Shown: positions 42,824 to 52,596 of the stretch, piece after piece | Numbering within the stretch: the stretch's first letter is position 1 | Layout of the letters: every line of letters starts with the position of its first letter | Source of the DNA: Candidatus Sericytochromatia bacterium | GTDB lineage: Bacteria; Cyanobacteriota; Sericytochromatia; S15B-MN24; UBA4093 | Reading direction: 5' to 3' | Assembly (NCBI GenBank): GCA_036676985.1 | Contig: JAKFBU010000027.1 | Location: 1 to 64,000, forward strand | Length of the DNA: 64,000 nt | Translations under genes and position numbers: made by a program | The notes under the pieces: generated by a model | Databases searched by the model: none | Seen by the model: only the letters and a program-made list of their open reading frames with translations | Told to the model about the DNA's origin: nothing

Positions 42824-44098
42824 ATGACCTTTGAGCGCCCGCGCTACTCGCCCGAAACCCTCATGATGAGCCACGGCTATGACCCCTTCCTCTCCGAGGG
42901 GGCCATCAAGCCGCCCATCTTCATGACATCCACCTTCGCCTTTCGCACCGCCGAGGAAGGCGAGCAGTACTTCAAGTGGGCCTACGGCCTCGAGCAGCGC
43001 GAGCGCGACCAGACCATGGGGCTCATCTACTCGCGCCTCAACAACCCGGGCATTCAGATCCTGGAGGAGCGCCTGGCGCTCTGGGACGAGGCCGAGATGT
43101 CCCTGGGCTTCGCGAGCGGTATGGCGGCCATCAGCACGTCGATCCTCGCCCATGCCAAGCCCGGTGACGTCATCCTCTACAGCATGCCGGTCTACGGCGG
43201 CACCGAGTACCTGTTCGAGCAGATCCTGCCCAAGTTCGGCATCGAGACCCGCTCTTTCCCGGCGGACATGCCCCTGGCCCAGGTCGAGCTGCTCATGGCC
43301 GAGCTGGGCGATCGCCTCGCCATCGTCTACCTGGAGAGCCCGGCGAACCCCACCAACTGCCTCCTCGACATCGCGGGCATCGCCCGGGTGGCCAAGCAGG
43401 TGCGCCCGGAGACGCTGACGTTCGTGGACAACACCTTCCTGGGGCCGGTCTTCCAGAAGCCGCTCCTCCTGGGCGCGGACCTGGTGCTCTACTCGGCGAC
43501 CAAGTACCTGAGCGGCCACAGCGACGTCATCGCCGGGGCCGTGTCGGGTGCGCAGGCGGTGGTGGAGCCCATCGGCCTCTACCGGACCATCACGGGCTCC
43601 ATGCCCGATCCGTTCACCTGCTGGCTCCTGTTGCGATCGCTCGAGACGCTCAAGATCCGCATGGAGACCCAGGCGACCAACGCCCGTCAGATCGCCCGGT
43701 TCCTCGCAGCTCACCCGAACGTCGGCCAGGTCTTCTACCCGGCGCTGCTCGAGCCCGACAGCCCCCAGTACGCCATCTTCCAGTCCCAGTGCACCGGGGC
43801 GGGCGCCATCGTCTCCTTCGAGATCAAGGGCGGCAAGGCCGAGGCCTTCCGCTTCCTGAACGCGGTGAAACTGTGCAAGCTCGCCGTGAGCCTCGGCGGC
43901 ACCGAGAGCCTGGTCGAGCACCCGGCGACCATGACCCACAGCGACATCCCCGCAGACGTCCAAGAGCGCTACGGCATCACCGAGCGCCTGATCCGGCTGT
44001 CGGTGGGCGTCGAGAATCCCGCGGACCTCATGGACGACCTGTCGCAGGCCCTCGAGCGGAGCCAGGCGGTGCCGCAGGCCTACACCTACGAGGTGTAG
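42824..44098 (+). CDS. Cys/Met metabolism PLP enzyme (methionine gamma-lyase / cystathionine gamma-synthase family)
   Basis: YSRLNNP, SGMAAI, ESPANP, VDNTF, SATKYLSGHSD, SLGGTESL, IRLSVG. Confidence 0.93.
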   Translation: MTFERPRYSPETLMMSHGYDPFLSEGAIKPPIFMTSTFAFRTAEEGEQYFKWAYGLEQRERDQTMGLIYSRLNNPGIQILEERLALWDEAEMSLGFASGMAAISTSILAHAKPGDVILYSMPVYGGTEYLFEQILPKFGIETRSFPADMPLAQVELLMAELGDRLAIVYLESPANPTNCLLDIAGIARVAKQVRPETLTFVDNTFLGPVFQKPLLLGADLVLYSATKYLSGHSDVIAGAVSGAQAVVEPIGLYRTITGSMPDPFTCWLLLRSLETLKIRMETQATNARQIARFLAAHPNVGQVFYPALLEPDSPQYAIFQSQCTGAGAIVSFEIKGGKAEAFRFLNAVKLCKLAVSLGGTESLVEHPATMTHSDIPADVQERYGITERLIRLSVGVENPADLMDDLSQALERSQAVPQAYTYEV

Positions 44099-44101
44099 CG
44101 T

Positions 44102-44484
44102 TCAGTCCTCGCCGAGCCCGGCGCCGCCCTCGCGCACGCAGCTCGTGCCGGCCGACCCTCCGATGTAGCAGGCGCGGGCCCCGCTCAGGGCCGCCCCCAT
44201 GAACTGGGCCCGCCGCATGCCGAACTCCAGGACCGGCTCGCTTTCCGCCGCATGGCAGATCCGCGCCGCCTTGGTCGTGAACAGGGTCCCGGCGTTGAGG
44301 AAGTTGAGCACCGCCGACTCGAGGTACTTGGCCTGCCAAACGGGACCCGTCACGCGCACCAGGGGCTCGTGGGCAAAGACGAGCGTGCCCTCGGGCATGG
44401 CGTCCACCGAGCACTCGATGCGGCTGTCCAATGGGCATAGGCCATCGTCAGCTGGTAGAAATCGGTGAACAGGGCCTGGGCCAT
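44102..44484 (-). pseudogene. pncB: Nicotinate phosphoribosyltransferase remnant
   Basis: GAGGAGG RBS; [14 protein letters not shown], then a frame change to [33 protein letters not shown]; stops after about 127 codons. Confidence 0.85.
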
Positions 44485-44777
44485 GCCGACCTCCTCGCTT
44501 CGCCTCGCCTTCCCATGGTGGGGCCAACGCGGGCCGAACGAAAGGCCCGATTGGCCGCTAAAGCCGCGTGGCGACTGGAAGCCCCCGCATGGCGATCCGT
44601 AGAGAATACGGATGGCTTCGATTAGCTCCATGACTATATTTGAGGCATAAAGCGATACTGATGAGTTTGCCATAATAACGATTTTTATTATCAGAGCCGA
44701 GGTCGTTGCGGTGGGCGGACATCGGCTCGCGCATGCCCCGGGCCGGCTGGTCACGGGGCCAGGGAAGGAGAAAGATC

Positions 44778-45530
44778 GTGGGAACATATAACTTCGAAGG
44801 CAAGGTCGCCATCGTCACGGGCGGCGCGTCCGGCATCGGCGAAGCCTGCGTCAAGCAGTTCGCGGCGGGCGGCGCCCAGGTCGTGGTGGCGGACATCAAC
44901 GCCGAGGCGGCCGAGAAGACCGCTCAGGCCCTGCGCGACGGCGGCGCCAAGGCGGCGGCGGTGCGCGTGAACGTCGGCGAGGCGGCCTCGGTCGAGGCCA
45001 TGGTCCGCTTCGCGGTGGACACCTTCGGCGGCGTCGACATCATCGTCAACAACGCGGGCATCGGCGGCGCGAGCGCGCCCACCGGCGAGTACCCGGTCGC
45101 AGACTGGCAGAAGGTCCTCGACATCAACCTGAGCGGCGTGTTCTACGGCATGCACTTCGCCATTCCCGAGATGCTCAAGCGGGGCGGCGGGGCGATCGTC
45201 AACATCGCCTCCATCCTGGGCTCGGTGGGCTTCGCCGGTTCGCCCGCCTACGTCGCGGCCAAGCACGGCGTGGTCGGCCTGACCAAGTCCACCGCCCTCG
45301 AGTACGCCACCCAGGGCGTGCGCGTCAACAGCGTCGGCCCCGGCTTCATCGCCACCCCGCTGCTCGGGCCCCACGCGGAGATGCTGAAGGGCATCGCCGA
45401 CCTGCATGCCATGAAGCGCCTGGGTCAGGCCGAAGAGGTCGCGAACCTGGTCGTCTTCCTGGCGTCGCCGGAGGCCTCGTTCGTCACGGGCAGCTACCAC
45501 CTGGTGGACGGCGGCTACACGGCGCCCTAG
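44778..45530 (+). CDS. Short-chain dehydrogenase/reductase
   Basis: TGGASGIG, NNAGI, YVAAK, PG; GTG start after GAAGGAG. Confidence 0.95.
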   Translation: MGTYNFEGKVAIVTGGASGIGEACVKQFAAGGAQVVVADINAEAAEKTAQALRDGGAKAAAVRVNVGEAASVEAMVRFAVDTFGGVDIIVNNAGIGGASAPTGEYPVADWQKVLDINLSGVFYGMHFAIPEMLKRGGGAIVNIASILGSVGFAGSPAYVAAKHGVVGLTKSTALEYATQGVRVNSVGPGFIATPLLGPHAEMLKGIADLHAMKRLGQAEEVANLVVFLASPEASFVTGSYHLVDGGYTAP

Positions 45531-45550
45531 CACGCCGAAAGCGTCTCACG

Positions 45551-45581
45551 GCGGGTCCCCCCGGTCTTCGGGGGGACCCGC
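45551..45581 (+). terminator. Intrinsic terminator
   Basis: gcgggtccccccg-gtctt-cggggggacccgc. Confidence 0.75.
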
Positions 45582-45712
45582 GCTCTTTCGGTCAAGGGAC
45601 GAAGCGGCGGCGAGAATTCGTCGGCTTCCCCATGCCCCTCTTGCCCTCGGTAATGCTACGGTGCCAACGCGCCTGGAAAGGCACCGTCGTTCGTCCGATT
45701 CGGGAGGGAAGC

Positions 45713-46204
45713 ATGGATATCGTCAATACCCTGAGATCCGAGCACGATCGGGTCATGAAGCTCATCCAGGAGTTCAGCCGCGACGAGCGCCCGGAGGCGC
45801 GGCGGCAGCTCATCATGCAGCTGGTCCAGGAGCTCAGCGTCCACGAGGCCGCCGAGGAGGCCGCCGTCTGGACCGAGGTGCGCCAGGTGATCGACGCCAA
45901 GCTGTTCGACAAGGTCATGCGCGAGCAAGGCGAGCTGAAGGACGTGCTGCGACAAGCCGCCGAGAAGCGGGAGATGGACGTGAGCGGCCTGCTCACGCGC
46001 CTCCAGGACATGCTCAAGCGCCACATCGCGACCGAGCAGGACGAGGTCTTCCCGCTGATCACCCAGAAGTGCGATCAGCAGACCCGGGATCGCCTCGGCA
46101 CGGCCTTCATGGATTCCAAGAACGCCCTGATCGACCGGGCCGCGAAGCTCAACGTGACCATGCTGCCCGATGAGGTCGTCGAGCAGCTCAAGCAGCGCCG
46201 CTAG
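45713..46204 (+). CDS. Hemerythrin (HHE) domain protein
   Basis: L.SEH, HEAAEE, HIATEQDEVFP. Confidence 0.8.
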   Translation: MDIVNTLRSEHDRVMKLIQEFSRDERPEARRQLIMQLVQELSVHEAAEEAAVWTEVRQVIDAKLFDKVMREQGELKDVLRQAAEKREMDVSGLLTRLQDMLKRHIATEQDEVFPLITQKCDQQTRDRLGTAFMDSKNALIDRAAKLNVTMLPDEVVEQLKQRR

Positions 46205-46217
46205 CGCGCCACCGGCC

Positions 46218-46814
46218 TCAATCCCGCGACTCGAACGCCCGGAGCGCCTCCTGGTAGGTCTCCGGGTGATTGAGGTTCCGGAGGGTCAGGCCCTCCGGAT
46301 CCAGGTCCGCGAGGGCGGACGCCGGGAGCTCCGTGACGGCGAGGGAGGCGAGGAAAGCCCGGAGGCGGCGCTCCCCGCTCTCCAGCATGCGCCTCAGCTC
46401 CGGAAGCACGGCGCGCGCGTAGACGCCGAGGAGCGGTTCGAGGCCGTGCTCGCTGCGGATCACCACGGCCGGCGCTGCCGGGTCGAAGGCCATCAGGCGT
46501 TCGAGAACCTTCGACGTGAGAAAGGGCATGTCGCAGGCCACCACGAGTGCCCGTTCGGCCTCGAGTGCCTCCAGGCCGGAGGCCAAACCCTCCATGGGCC
46601 CGCGATCCGGATAGCGGTCGGCCACGAGCCGCGCATGCGGCACGGGAAAGCCCCGCTCGGGCGATCGCACGACCACCACCTCGGCGCAGCTCGCCTCCAG
46701 GAGGCGATGCAGCCGGGCGGCGAGGGCCTCGGGGCCGAACGGCAAGAGGGCCTTGTCCTGTCCCATGCGCCGGCTCTGGCCTCCGGCGAGCAAGATGGCT
46801 CCGCAGGGCGTCAT
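46218..46814 (-). CDS. mobA: Molybdenum cofactor guanylyltransferase
   Basis: LLAGGQSRRMGQDKA, GPMEG, ACDMPF, EPL, NLNHP. Confidence 0.95.
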   Translation of the reverse strand: MTPCGAILLAGGQSRRMGQDKALLPFGPEALAARLHRLLEASCAEVVVVRSPERGFPVPHARLVADRYPDRGPMEGLASGLEALEAERALVVACDMPFLTSKVLERLMAFDPAAPAVVIRSEHGLEPLLGVYARAVLPELRRMLESGERRLRAFLASLAVTELPASALADLDPEGLTLRNLNHPETYQEALRAFESRD

Positions 46815-46977
46815 ATCGGCATCCTTTCGCGCCTCATTATACGCAGCTTTTTCGGGTCCCGGCGCGCGCGCCACCTGCTATACTCGAGCGGTATGCACGG
46901 CTGCAAGGTGCAAGGTCCCTGGACGTCCGCCTCGTGAGACTGCCCTCGCGAACGGTCCGACCGGGCCGGGGTGTCCC

Positions 46978-49659
46978 ATGAGCGACGATCGGACCCTCTC
47001 GATCAATGGCCGACGGGCCGCCGCGACGCCCGGACGGACCGTCCTCGACGCGGCGCGCGCGGTGGGCGTCGACATCCCCACCCTCTGCCACGATCCGGCC
47101 CTGGAGGCCACGGCCCAGTGCCGCCTGTGCCTGGTCGAGATCGAAGGCGTCCCCCGTCTCGAGCCGGCCTGCGCCACGCCCGCCCGTCCGGGCATGGTCG
47201 TGACCACCCACGGTCCGGAGGCCGCGGCCTCCCGCCGGCAGGTCCTCGAGATGCTGCTGAGCCGGCACCCGCGCGAGTGTCCTTCGCGGGCCCGGGGCCT
47301 GACATGTCGGCTGTGCGACTACGCGGAAGAATACCACGTCTCGGCGCCCCGGCTGGGTTACGGCGCCCCGTGCGAGCCCGTGCCCCAGAACGGCCTGATG
47401 GAGCTGGACCCCTCGGTCTGCATTCGCTGCGAGAAGTGCGTGCGGGTCTGCTCCGAGGTCCAGGGCATCGGGGCCTTGACCATGATCGGTCGCGGCAGCC
47501 GGAAGGAGCTTGCCGCCGGCAGCGGGACGACGCTCGCCGACACCGACTGCGAGCTGTGCGGCAACTGCGTGGAGGTGTGCCCCACCGGAGCCATCCGGGG
47601 CCGTCATGCGACCCAGCTCGCCCATGCCCGCAAGGTCGCCACCACGTGCGGCTTCTGCGGGGTGGGCTGCCAGCTCGAGCTCAACGTCCACGAGGGCCGG
47701 GTGGTCGGCGTCACGGCCGGCGGGGACAACCCCGTCAACGGCAAGTGGCTCTGCGTCAAGGGCCGGTTCGGGCACGAGTTCATCCACCATCCCGAGCGCC
47801 TGACGACGCCGCTGATCCGTAAGGACGGGCGCCTGGTGCCGGCGACCTGGGACGAGGCCCTCACCCTGGTGGCGTCCCGCATGACGGCCGCCAAGCTCGC
47901 CCACGGCCCCGACGCCCTGGCCTTCATGAGCTCCAGCCGCTGCACCAACGAGGAGAACTACCTCATGCAGAAGCTGGCCCGCGCGGTGATCGGGACGCAC
48001 AACGTCGACCAGTGCGCCAGGACCTGACACGCCCCCACCGTGGCCGGTCTGGCCACTTCGTTCGGGAGCGGGGCGATGACCAACTCCATCGCCGAGATCC
48101 CCCATGCCGACGTGCTCTTCGTGATCGGGGCCAACCCCACCGAGGCGCACCCGATCATCGGCCTCAAGATGAAGGAGGCCATGCGTCGCGGCGCCCGGAT
48201 CGTCGTGGCGGACCCCCGGCGGATCTGGCTGGCTCGGCATGCGTGGCTGCACCTGCCCTTGCGCCCGGGCACGGATCTCGCCCTGCTCAACGCCATGGCG
48301 CACGTCATCCTCACGGAGGGCCTGGTGGACGAGGCCTTCGTGGCCGAAAGGACCGAGGGCTTCGAGGAGTTCCGCCGGGTGGCCATGGAGTGGCCCGTCG
48401 AGCGGGCCGCCGAGGTCTGCGAGGTGGACGCGGAGGCCATCCGCCAGGCGGCCCGAGCCTATGCGCGGGCCGAGCGGGGGGCCATCTTCTACACCCTGGG
48501 CATCACCGAACACACCTGCGGCACCCGTAACGTCCTGGCGCTCGCGAACCTCGCCCTGATGACGGGGCATGTGGGCAAGGAGAGCAGCGGCGTCAACCCC
48601 CTGAGGGGTCAGAACAACGTCCAGGGCGCCTGCGACATGGGCGCCCAACCGGACGTTTTCCCGGGCTACCAGAAGGTGGCAGTGCCCGAGCACCGGGCGA
48701 AGTTCGCGGAGGCCTGGCGCGTGCCCATGCCGGACGGCCCGGGCAAGACGCTCACGGACATGATCGAGGCCGCCGCCGAGGGTCAGCTCAGGGCCCTCTA
48801 CGTCATGGGCGAGGACCCGGTCGTCTCCGAGGCCCATGCCCGTTACACCCGCGAGGCCCTCGGCCGACTCGACCTCCTGGTGGTGCAGGACATCTTCCTC
48901 AGCGAGACCGCAAAGCTCGCGGACGTGGTGCTGCCCGCCTCGTGCTTCGCCGAGAAGGACGGCACCTTCACCAACACCGAGCGCCGGGTCCAGCGGGTCC
49001 GCAAGGCCGTCGAGGCGCCCGGCGAGGCCCGGGAGGACTGGCGCATCCTCTGCGAGCTCGCAGGGCGGCTCGGATACCCCATGCCCTACGCCTCGCCCCG
49101 GGAGGTCTGGGACGAGATCGCCGGGCTTGCGCCCATGCTGGGCGGCATCCGCTACGACCGGATCGACCGGATCGGGCTGCAGTGGCCCTGTCCCGAGGAC
49201 GACCATCCGGGCACGCGCTACCTGCATGCGGGCGGCTTCACGCGGGGGGCGGGCAAGTTCCACGCGGTCGAGCACACGCCTCCGAGCGAGTCGCCGGACA
49301 CGGAGTACCCCTGGCAGCTCTCCACCGGCCGGATCCTGTATCACTACAATGCGGGCACCATGACCCGGCGGGTGCGGGGCATCGCCGACAAGGTCCCGGA
49401 CGCCTTCGTCGAGATCCATCCGCGGGACCTCGAGCGCCTGGGGGCGGCGCATGGCGACATGTTGCGCGTCTCCACCCGCCGGGGGAGCGTCGAGGTGCGC
49501 GCCGAGGCCACCCGCAAGGTCCTACCGGGCCGGATCTGGATGCCCTTCCATTTCGCCGAGGCGGCGGCCAACGAGCTCACGGTGGACGCCTACGATGACG
49601 TGACGCGGACCGCGGAGTTCAAGGTGGCGGCCGCTCGCGTCGAGGTCGTGCGGCCATGA
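46978..49659 (+). CDS. fdhF: Formate dehydrogenase alpha subunit, selenocysteine-containing, with NuoG-like N-terminal Fe-S domains
   Basis: IPTLC..CRLC..C, CIRCEKC, CELCGNC, CGFCGVGC..C.KG; in-frame TGA 48025-48027 in DQCART-U-HAPT joins the two ORFs; LRGQNNVQG, GTFTNTERRVQ. Confidence 0.95.
48040..48056 (+). promoter_or_regulatory. Bacterial SECIS hairpin (fdh)
   Basis: gtggcc-ggtct-ggccac starts 12 nt after the UGA; resembles the E. coli fdhF element. Confidence 0.8.
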
Positions 49660-50282
49660 GGCGCATCCTGGTCGGGGGCGCCTGGTCGGGGTCCGGCAAG
49701 ACCTCGGTGGTCGAGATGCTGCTCGGGGCGCTGCCCGGCTGGGCGGCCATCAAGGTGACGCCCTCCCGGCAGGACGAGGTGTGCCCCATCGGCGCGTGCT
49801 GCGGGGCCTGTGCGCCACCCGCGGGTCCCTACGAGATCATCACGGACCCCGCCGTCCTGCTCCAGCTGGGCAAGGACACGCAGCGCTACCGGGCGGCCGG
49901 GGCGTCCGCGGTCGCGTGGGTCCGGGGCCGCCCGGAGGTCCTGCCAGCAGCTCTCGAGGAGGCCTTGGCGGGCATGGCGGGCCTGGAGGGCGTCATCATC
50001 GAGAGCGGGAGCCTGATTCCCTTCGTGCCAGGCCTGCGCGTGATGGTCGTGCGGGGGGCCTCGCGGCTGGTCAAGGACTCGGCGCGCGCGTGCGTCGGCC
50101 ACGTGGACGTCTTGGCCGTCAACGTGGACGACGCGGGCTCCGAGCTCGTGCCGCACCCCCTGGAGGACGTGCTTGCGCCCGGTCAGGTGTTCCGGATCTC
50201 GGCCGTTCTGCCGGCTGACGCCACCGTGAACGAGGCCTTCATAGCCTGCTGCCGTTTAGAGACGAGCCTTCGGCCAGGCTGA
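49656..50282 (+). CDS. P-loop protein, MobB-like
   Basis: ATGA overlap with fdh; GAWSGSGKT Walker A, AIKVT, GKDT.RY..AGA, IIES; CPIGACCGAC insert. Confidence 0.6.
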   Translation: MRRILVGGAWSGSGKTSVVEMLLGALPGWAAIKVTPSRQDEVCPIGACCGACAPPAGPYEIITDPAVLLQLGKDTQRYRAAGASAVAWVRGRPEVLPAALEEALAGMAGLEGVIIESGSLIPFVPGLRVMVVRGASRLVKDSARACVGHVDVLAVNVDDAGSELVPHPLEDVLAPGQVFRISAVLPADATVNEAFIACCRLETSLRPG

Positions 50283-50345
50283 GGCGCGCCGGGAGGCACA
50301 AACCGTACGAGCAATGGATGGCGCCGAGCGAGGGAACGATCTCTC

Positions 50346-51569
50346 CTAGGCGAGGGGGAGCGCCAGCATGAAGCTCGTGCCCTTGTCCGGGTGGCTCGCG
50401 AGGGAGAGCTCCCCGCGGTGCGCCCTTGCGATCGACTGGGCGATGGCGAGCCCCAGGCCACTGCCGTCGGGATTGGCCTCTCGTCCGTACTCCAGTCGAA
50501 CAAAGCGTTCGAAGACGCGCGCCTGGTCCTCCGGCCCGATGCCGGGTCCGGGGTTGGTCACCGTCACCCGCGCCTGGGTCGCCGTCACCGAGAGTCGGAC
50601 CACGACGCGCGAGCCCCGAGGGGTGTAGCGAACGGCATTCTCGAGGAGATTGTGGAGCGCCTGCGCCACGCCATGGGGGCTCCCGACGACGTCCGCCTCG
50701 TGCGAAGCGCCGTCCACGTCGAGGGTGACGGATCGCTCGGCGGCGAGGGGGGCGAGGGTCGCCACCTCTTCCTCGAGCACCTCACCGATGGCAAAGCGCA
50801 GGGGCGCCTCGCCGTGACCCCCGTCGCCGCGCCCCAGGGTCAGCAGATCGCGAAGCACGGCCTTGATGCGGCGGGCCCGGCCCTCGATGTGCGCCAGCTT
50901 CTCACGGGCGTCGGGTGCGAGGTCCGTTCGCTGGAGGAGCAACTGGGTATTGGCCAGGATCAAGGACAGGGGCGTTCGTAGCTCGTGAGAGGCGTCGCGC
51001 GAGAATTGCCGCTCGCGATTCAAGGCGGCCTCCATGGGGCGGGAGGCGAGCTCGGCGAGCCAGAGGGCGAGCGCGACGGCCAGCAGGAGGGTGAGCGGAA
51101 CGAGGGCCACCAAACCGAACAGGATGTGCTCGAGCGTATGCCAGAAATCCTCGAGCTGGCGAACCTGGACGATTTGGCCGCGCACCTGCCCGTCGCCGAT
51201 CACCGGCGTGACGATGAGTCGGAGCCGCGGGTCGTCCGGGAGCTCGCGCGCTCCGGGCTCCAGGATGCCGTCCGGCAGGGGCGCAGGCCCGCGGGTCCCG
51301 AGCACGCGCCCAGCGGCATCGCGGACCGACACGTGCTCTCCGGGCCAGAGCGGGTATTCGGCAAGGGCGTTGTCGAGCTCCCGGGACCCCGACCCGGGAG
51401 CTTGAAGGGCGCGCTTCAAGGGCCTGGCGATCTTCTCGCTGGTCTCGTCGACCTCGTGCAGCAGCACCCCGTGCACCATGGTGTAGGAAAAGCCCGCATA
51501 CCCAATGGCCAGTACCACCAGGCTGAGGATGGCGCGGCGGGTGACCCGGCGACTAAGGCTCAAGATCAT
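50346..51569 (-). CDS. Sensor histidine kinase
   Basis: Two TM; ASHELRTPL, NLLENAVRY, GSGLGL. Confidence 0.93.
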   Translation of the reverse strand: MILSLSRRVTRRAILSLVVLAIGYAGFSYTMVHGVLLHEVDETSEKIARPLKRALQAPGSGSRELDNALAEYPLWPGEHVSVRDAAGRVLGTRGPAPLPDGILEPGARELPDDPRLRLIVTPVIGDGQVRGQIVQVRQLEDFWHTLEHILFGLVALVPLTLLLAVALALWLAELASRPMEAALNRERQFSRDASHELRTPLSLILANTQLLLQRTDLAPDAREKLAHIEGRARRIKAVLRDLLTLGRGDGGHGEAPLRFAIGEVLEEEVATLAPLAAERSVTLDVDGASHEADVVGSPHGVAQALHNLLENAVRYTPRGSRVVVRLSVTATQARVTVTNPGPGIGPEDQARVFERFVRLEYGREANPDGSGLGLAIAQSIARAHRGELSLASHPDKGTSFMLALPLA

Positions 51570-52236
51570 GGAGGGCCATCCGGTAGCCGCGCCCGTGCAC
51601 GGTCTCGATGAGCGGGGGTGAGCCCGTGTCTCCGATGGCCTTGCGCAGTCCCTTGATGTGGGCGCGCAAGGCGGCGGCGCTCTGCTCGGACTCTCCGGAC
51701 CAGAGTCCGAGCCCGATCTGGGAATGAGAGACGATCCGACCGGCGTGGCGCATGAGGAGCTCGAGCAAGGCGAATTCCTTGGGCATCAGCTTGACGTCCC
51801 TCCCCGCACGCTGCACCCTGCCGGTCGAGGGGGCCAGGGTCAGATCGCCCACCTGGAGGACGCCTTCGGGTCGATGGTTGCTTCGCCGAAGGAGCGCCCG
51901 GACCCGGACCTTGAGCTCGTCGAGCTCGAAGGGCTTGGCCAGGTAGTCGTCGGCGCCCGCGTCGAACCCCTGCACCTTGTCGGCAAGACTGTCGAGCGCG
52001 GTCAGCATCAGGATGGGGACCTCATGTCCGGAGGCTCGGCACCGGCGGCAGATCTCGAGGCCCGATGGGCCGGGCAGCAAGACGTCGAGCACCAACAGGT
52101 CGTACGAATAGAGGCCCAGCATGGCTTCGGCGGCCACCCCGTCGTGCGCGACATCGATGACGCGCTCCCTACCGGACAGGGCCTCGCGAATGGCGTTCGC
52201 CAGGGCGACGTCGTCCTCGATCACCAGGAGCCGCAT
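51553..52236 (-). CDS. OmpR family response regulator
   Basis: LLVIEDD, LDVLLP, GADDYLAKPF, IETVHGRGY. Confidence 0.95.
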   Translation of the reverse strand: MRLLVIEDDVALANAIREALSGRERVIDVAHDGVAAEAMLGLYSYDLLVLDVLLPGPSGLEICRRCRASGHEVPILMLTALDSLADKVQGFDAGADDYLAKPFELDELKVRVRALLRRSNHRPEGVLQVGDLTLAPSTGRVQRAGRDVKLMPKEFALLELLMRHAGRIVSHSQIGLGLWSGESEQSAAALRAHIKGLRKAIGDTGSPPLIETVHGRGYRMALHDLEP

Positions 52237-52431
52237 GGGGCCGGCCTCCACTAGCTATACAGCCGCGTTCCCGCCCGCGCCGGTCTGATCCCGCCAGCGC
52301 GCGTCGTCCGGGCCCTTGCCACCGGACGCTCCGCCTAGAATAGCACGTTTGGCGAACTTTACGACCACCTCCGCGAGCAGCGTCGCCGGCTGCGGCCGAT
52401 CCGTAGTGCGTACGGTTCTTTCGGCCCAATC

Positions 52432-52449
52432 GTGAAAAATTTGTGAAAA
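52432..52449. promoter_or_regulatory. Direct repeat, candidate OmpR-family binding site
   Basis: gtgaaaa at 52432 and 52443 (11-bp period), between the divergent RR and cytochrome genes. Confidence 0.45.
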
Positions 52450-52596
52450 TCGGTAGTATCCCCGGTCATGCTCGGCTCGCAATTCGGGCTAACCTGCTAT
52501 CAACCTATTCCACCCCGATCGACAGGCTGAAACGCCCTGCTGGTGCCCTCTACTGGGCTGGCGGACGATTTTGGCATGCCCACTTCAGGAGGCCTT

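Noticed and set aside
44620-44640. Possible NrtR operator upstream of the pncB remnant
   Set aside because: Only a TGACTATA half-site is present, with no convincing palindrome
48025-48027. FDH as a split gene or pseudogene
   Set aside because: The stop is TGA at the catalytic Cys/Sec position with a SECIS-like hairpin, and the frame is preserved
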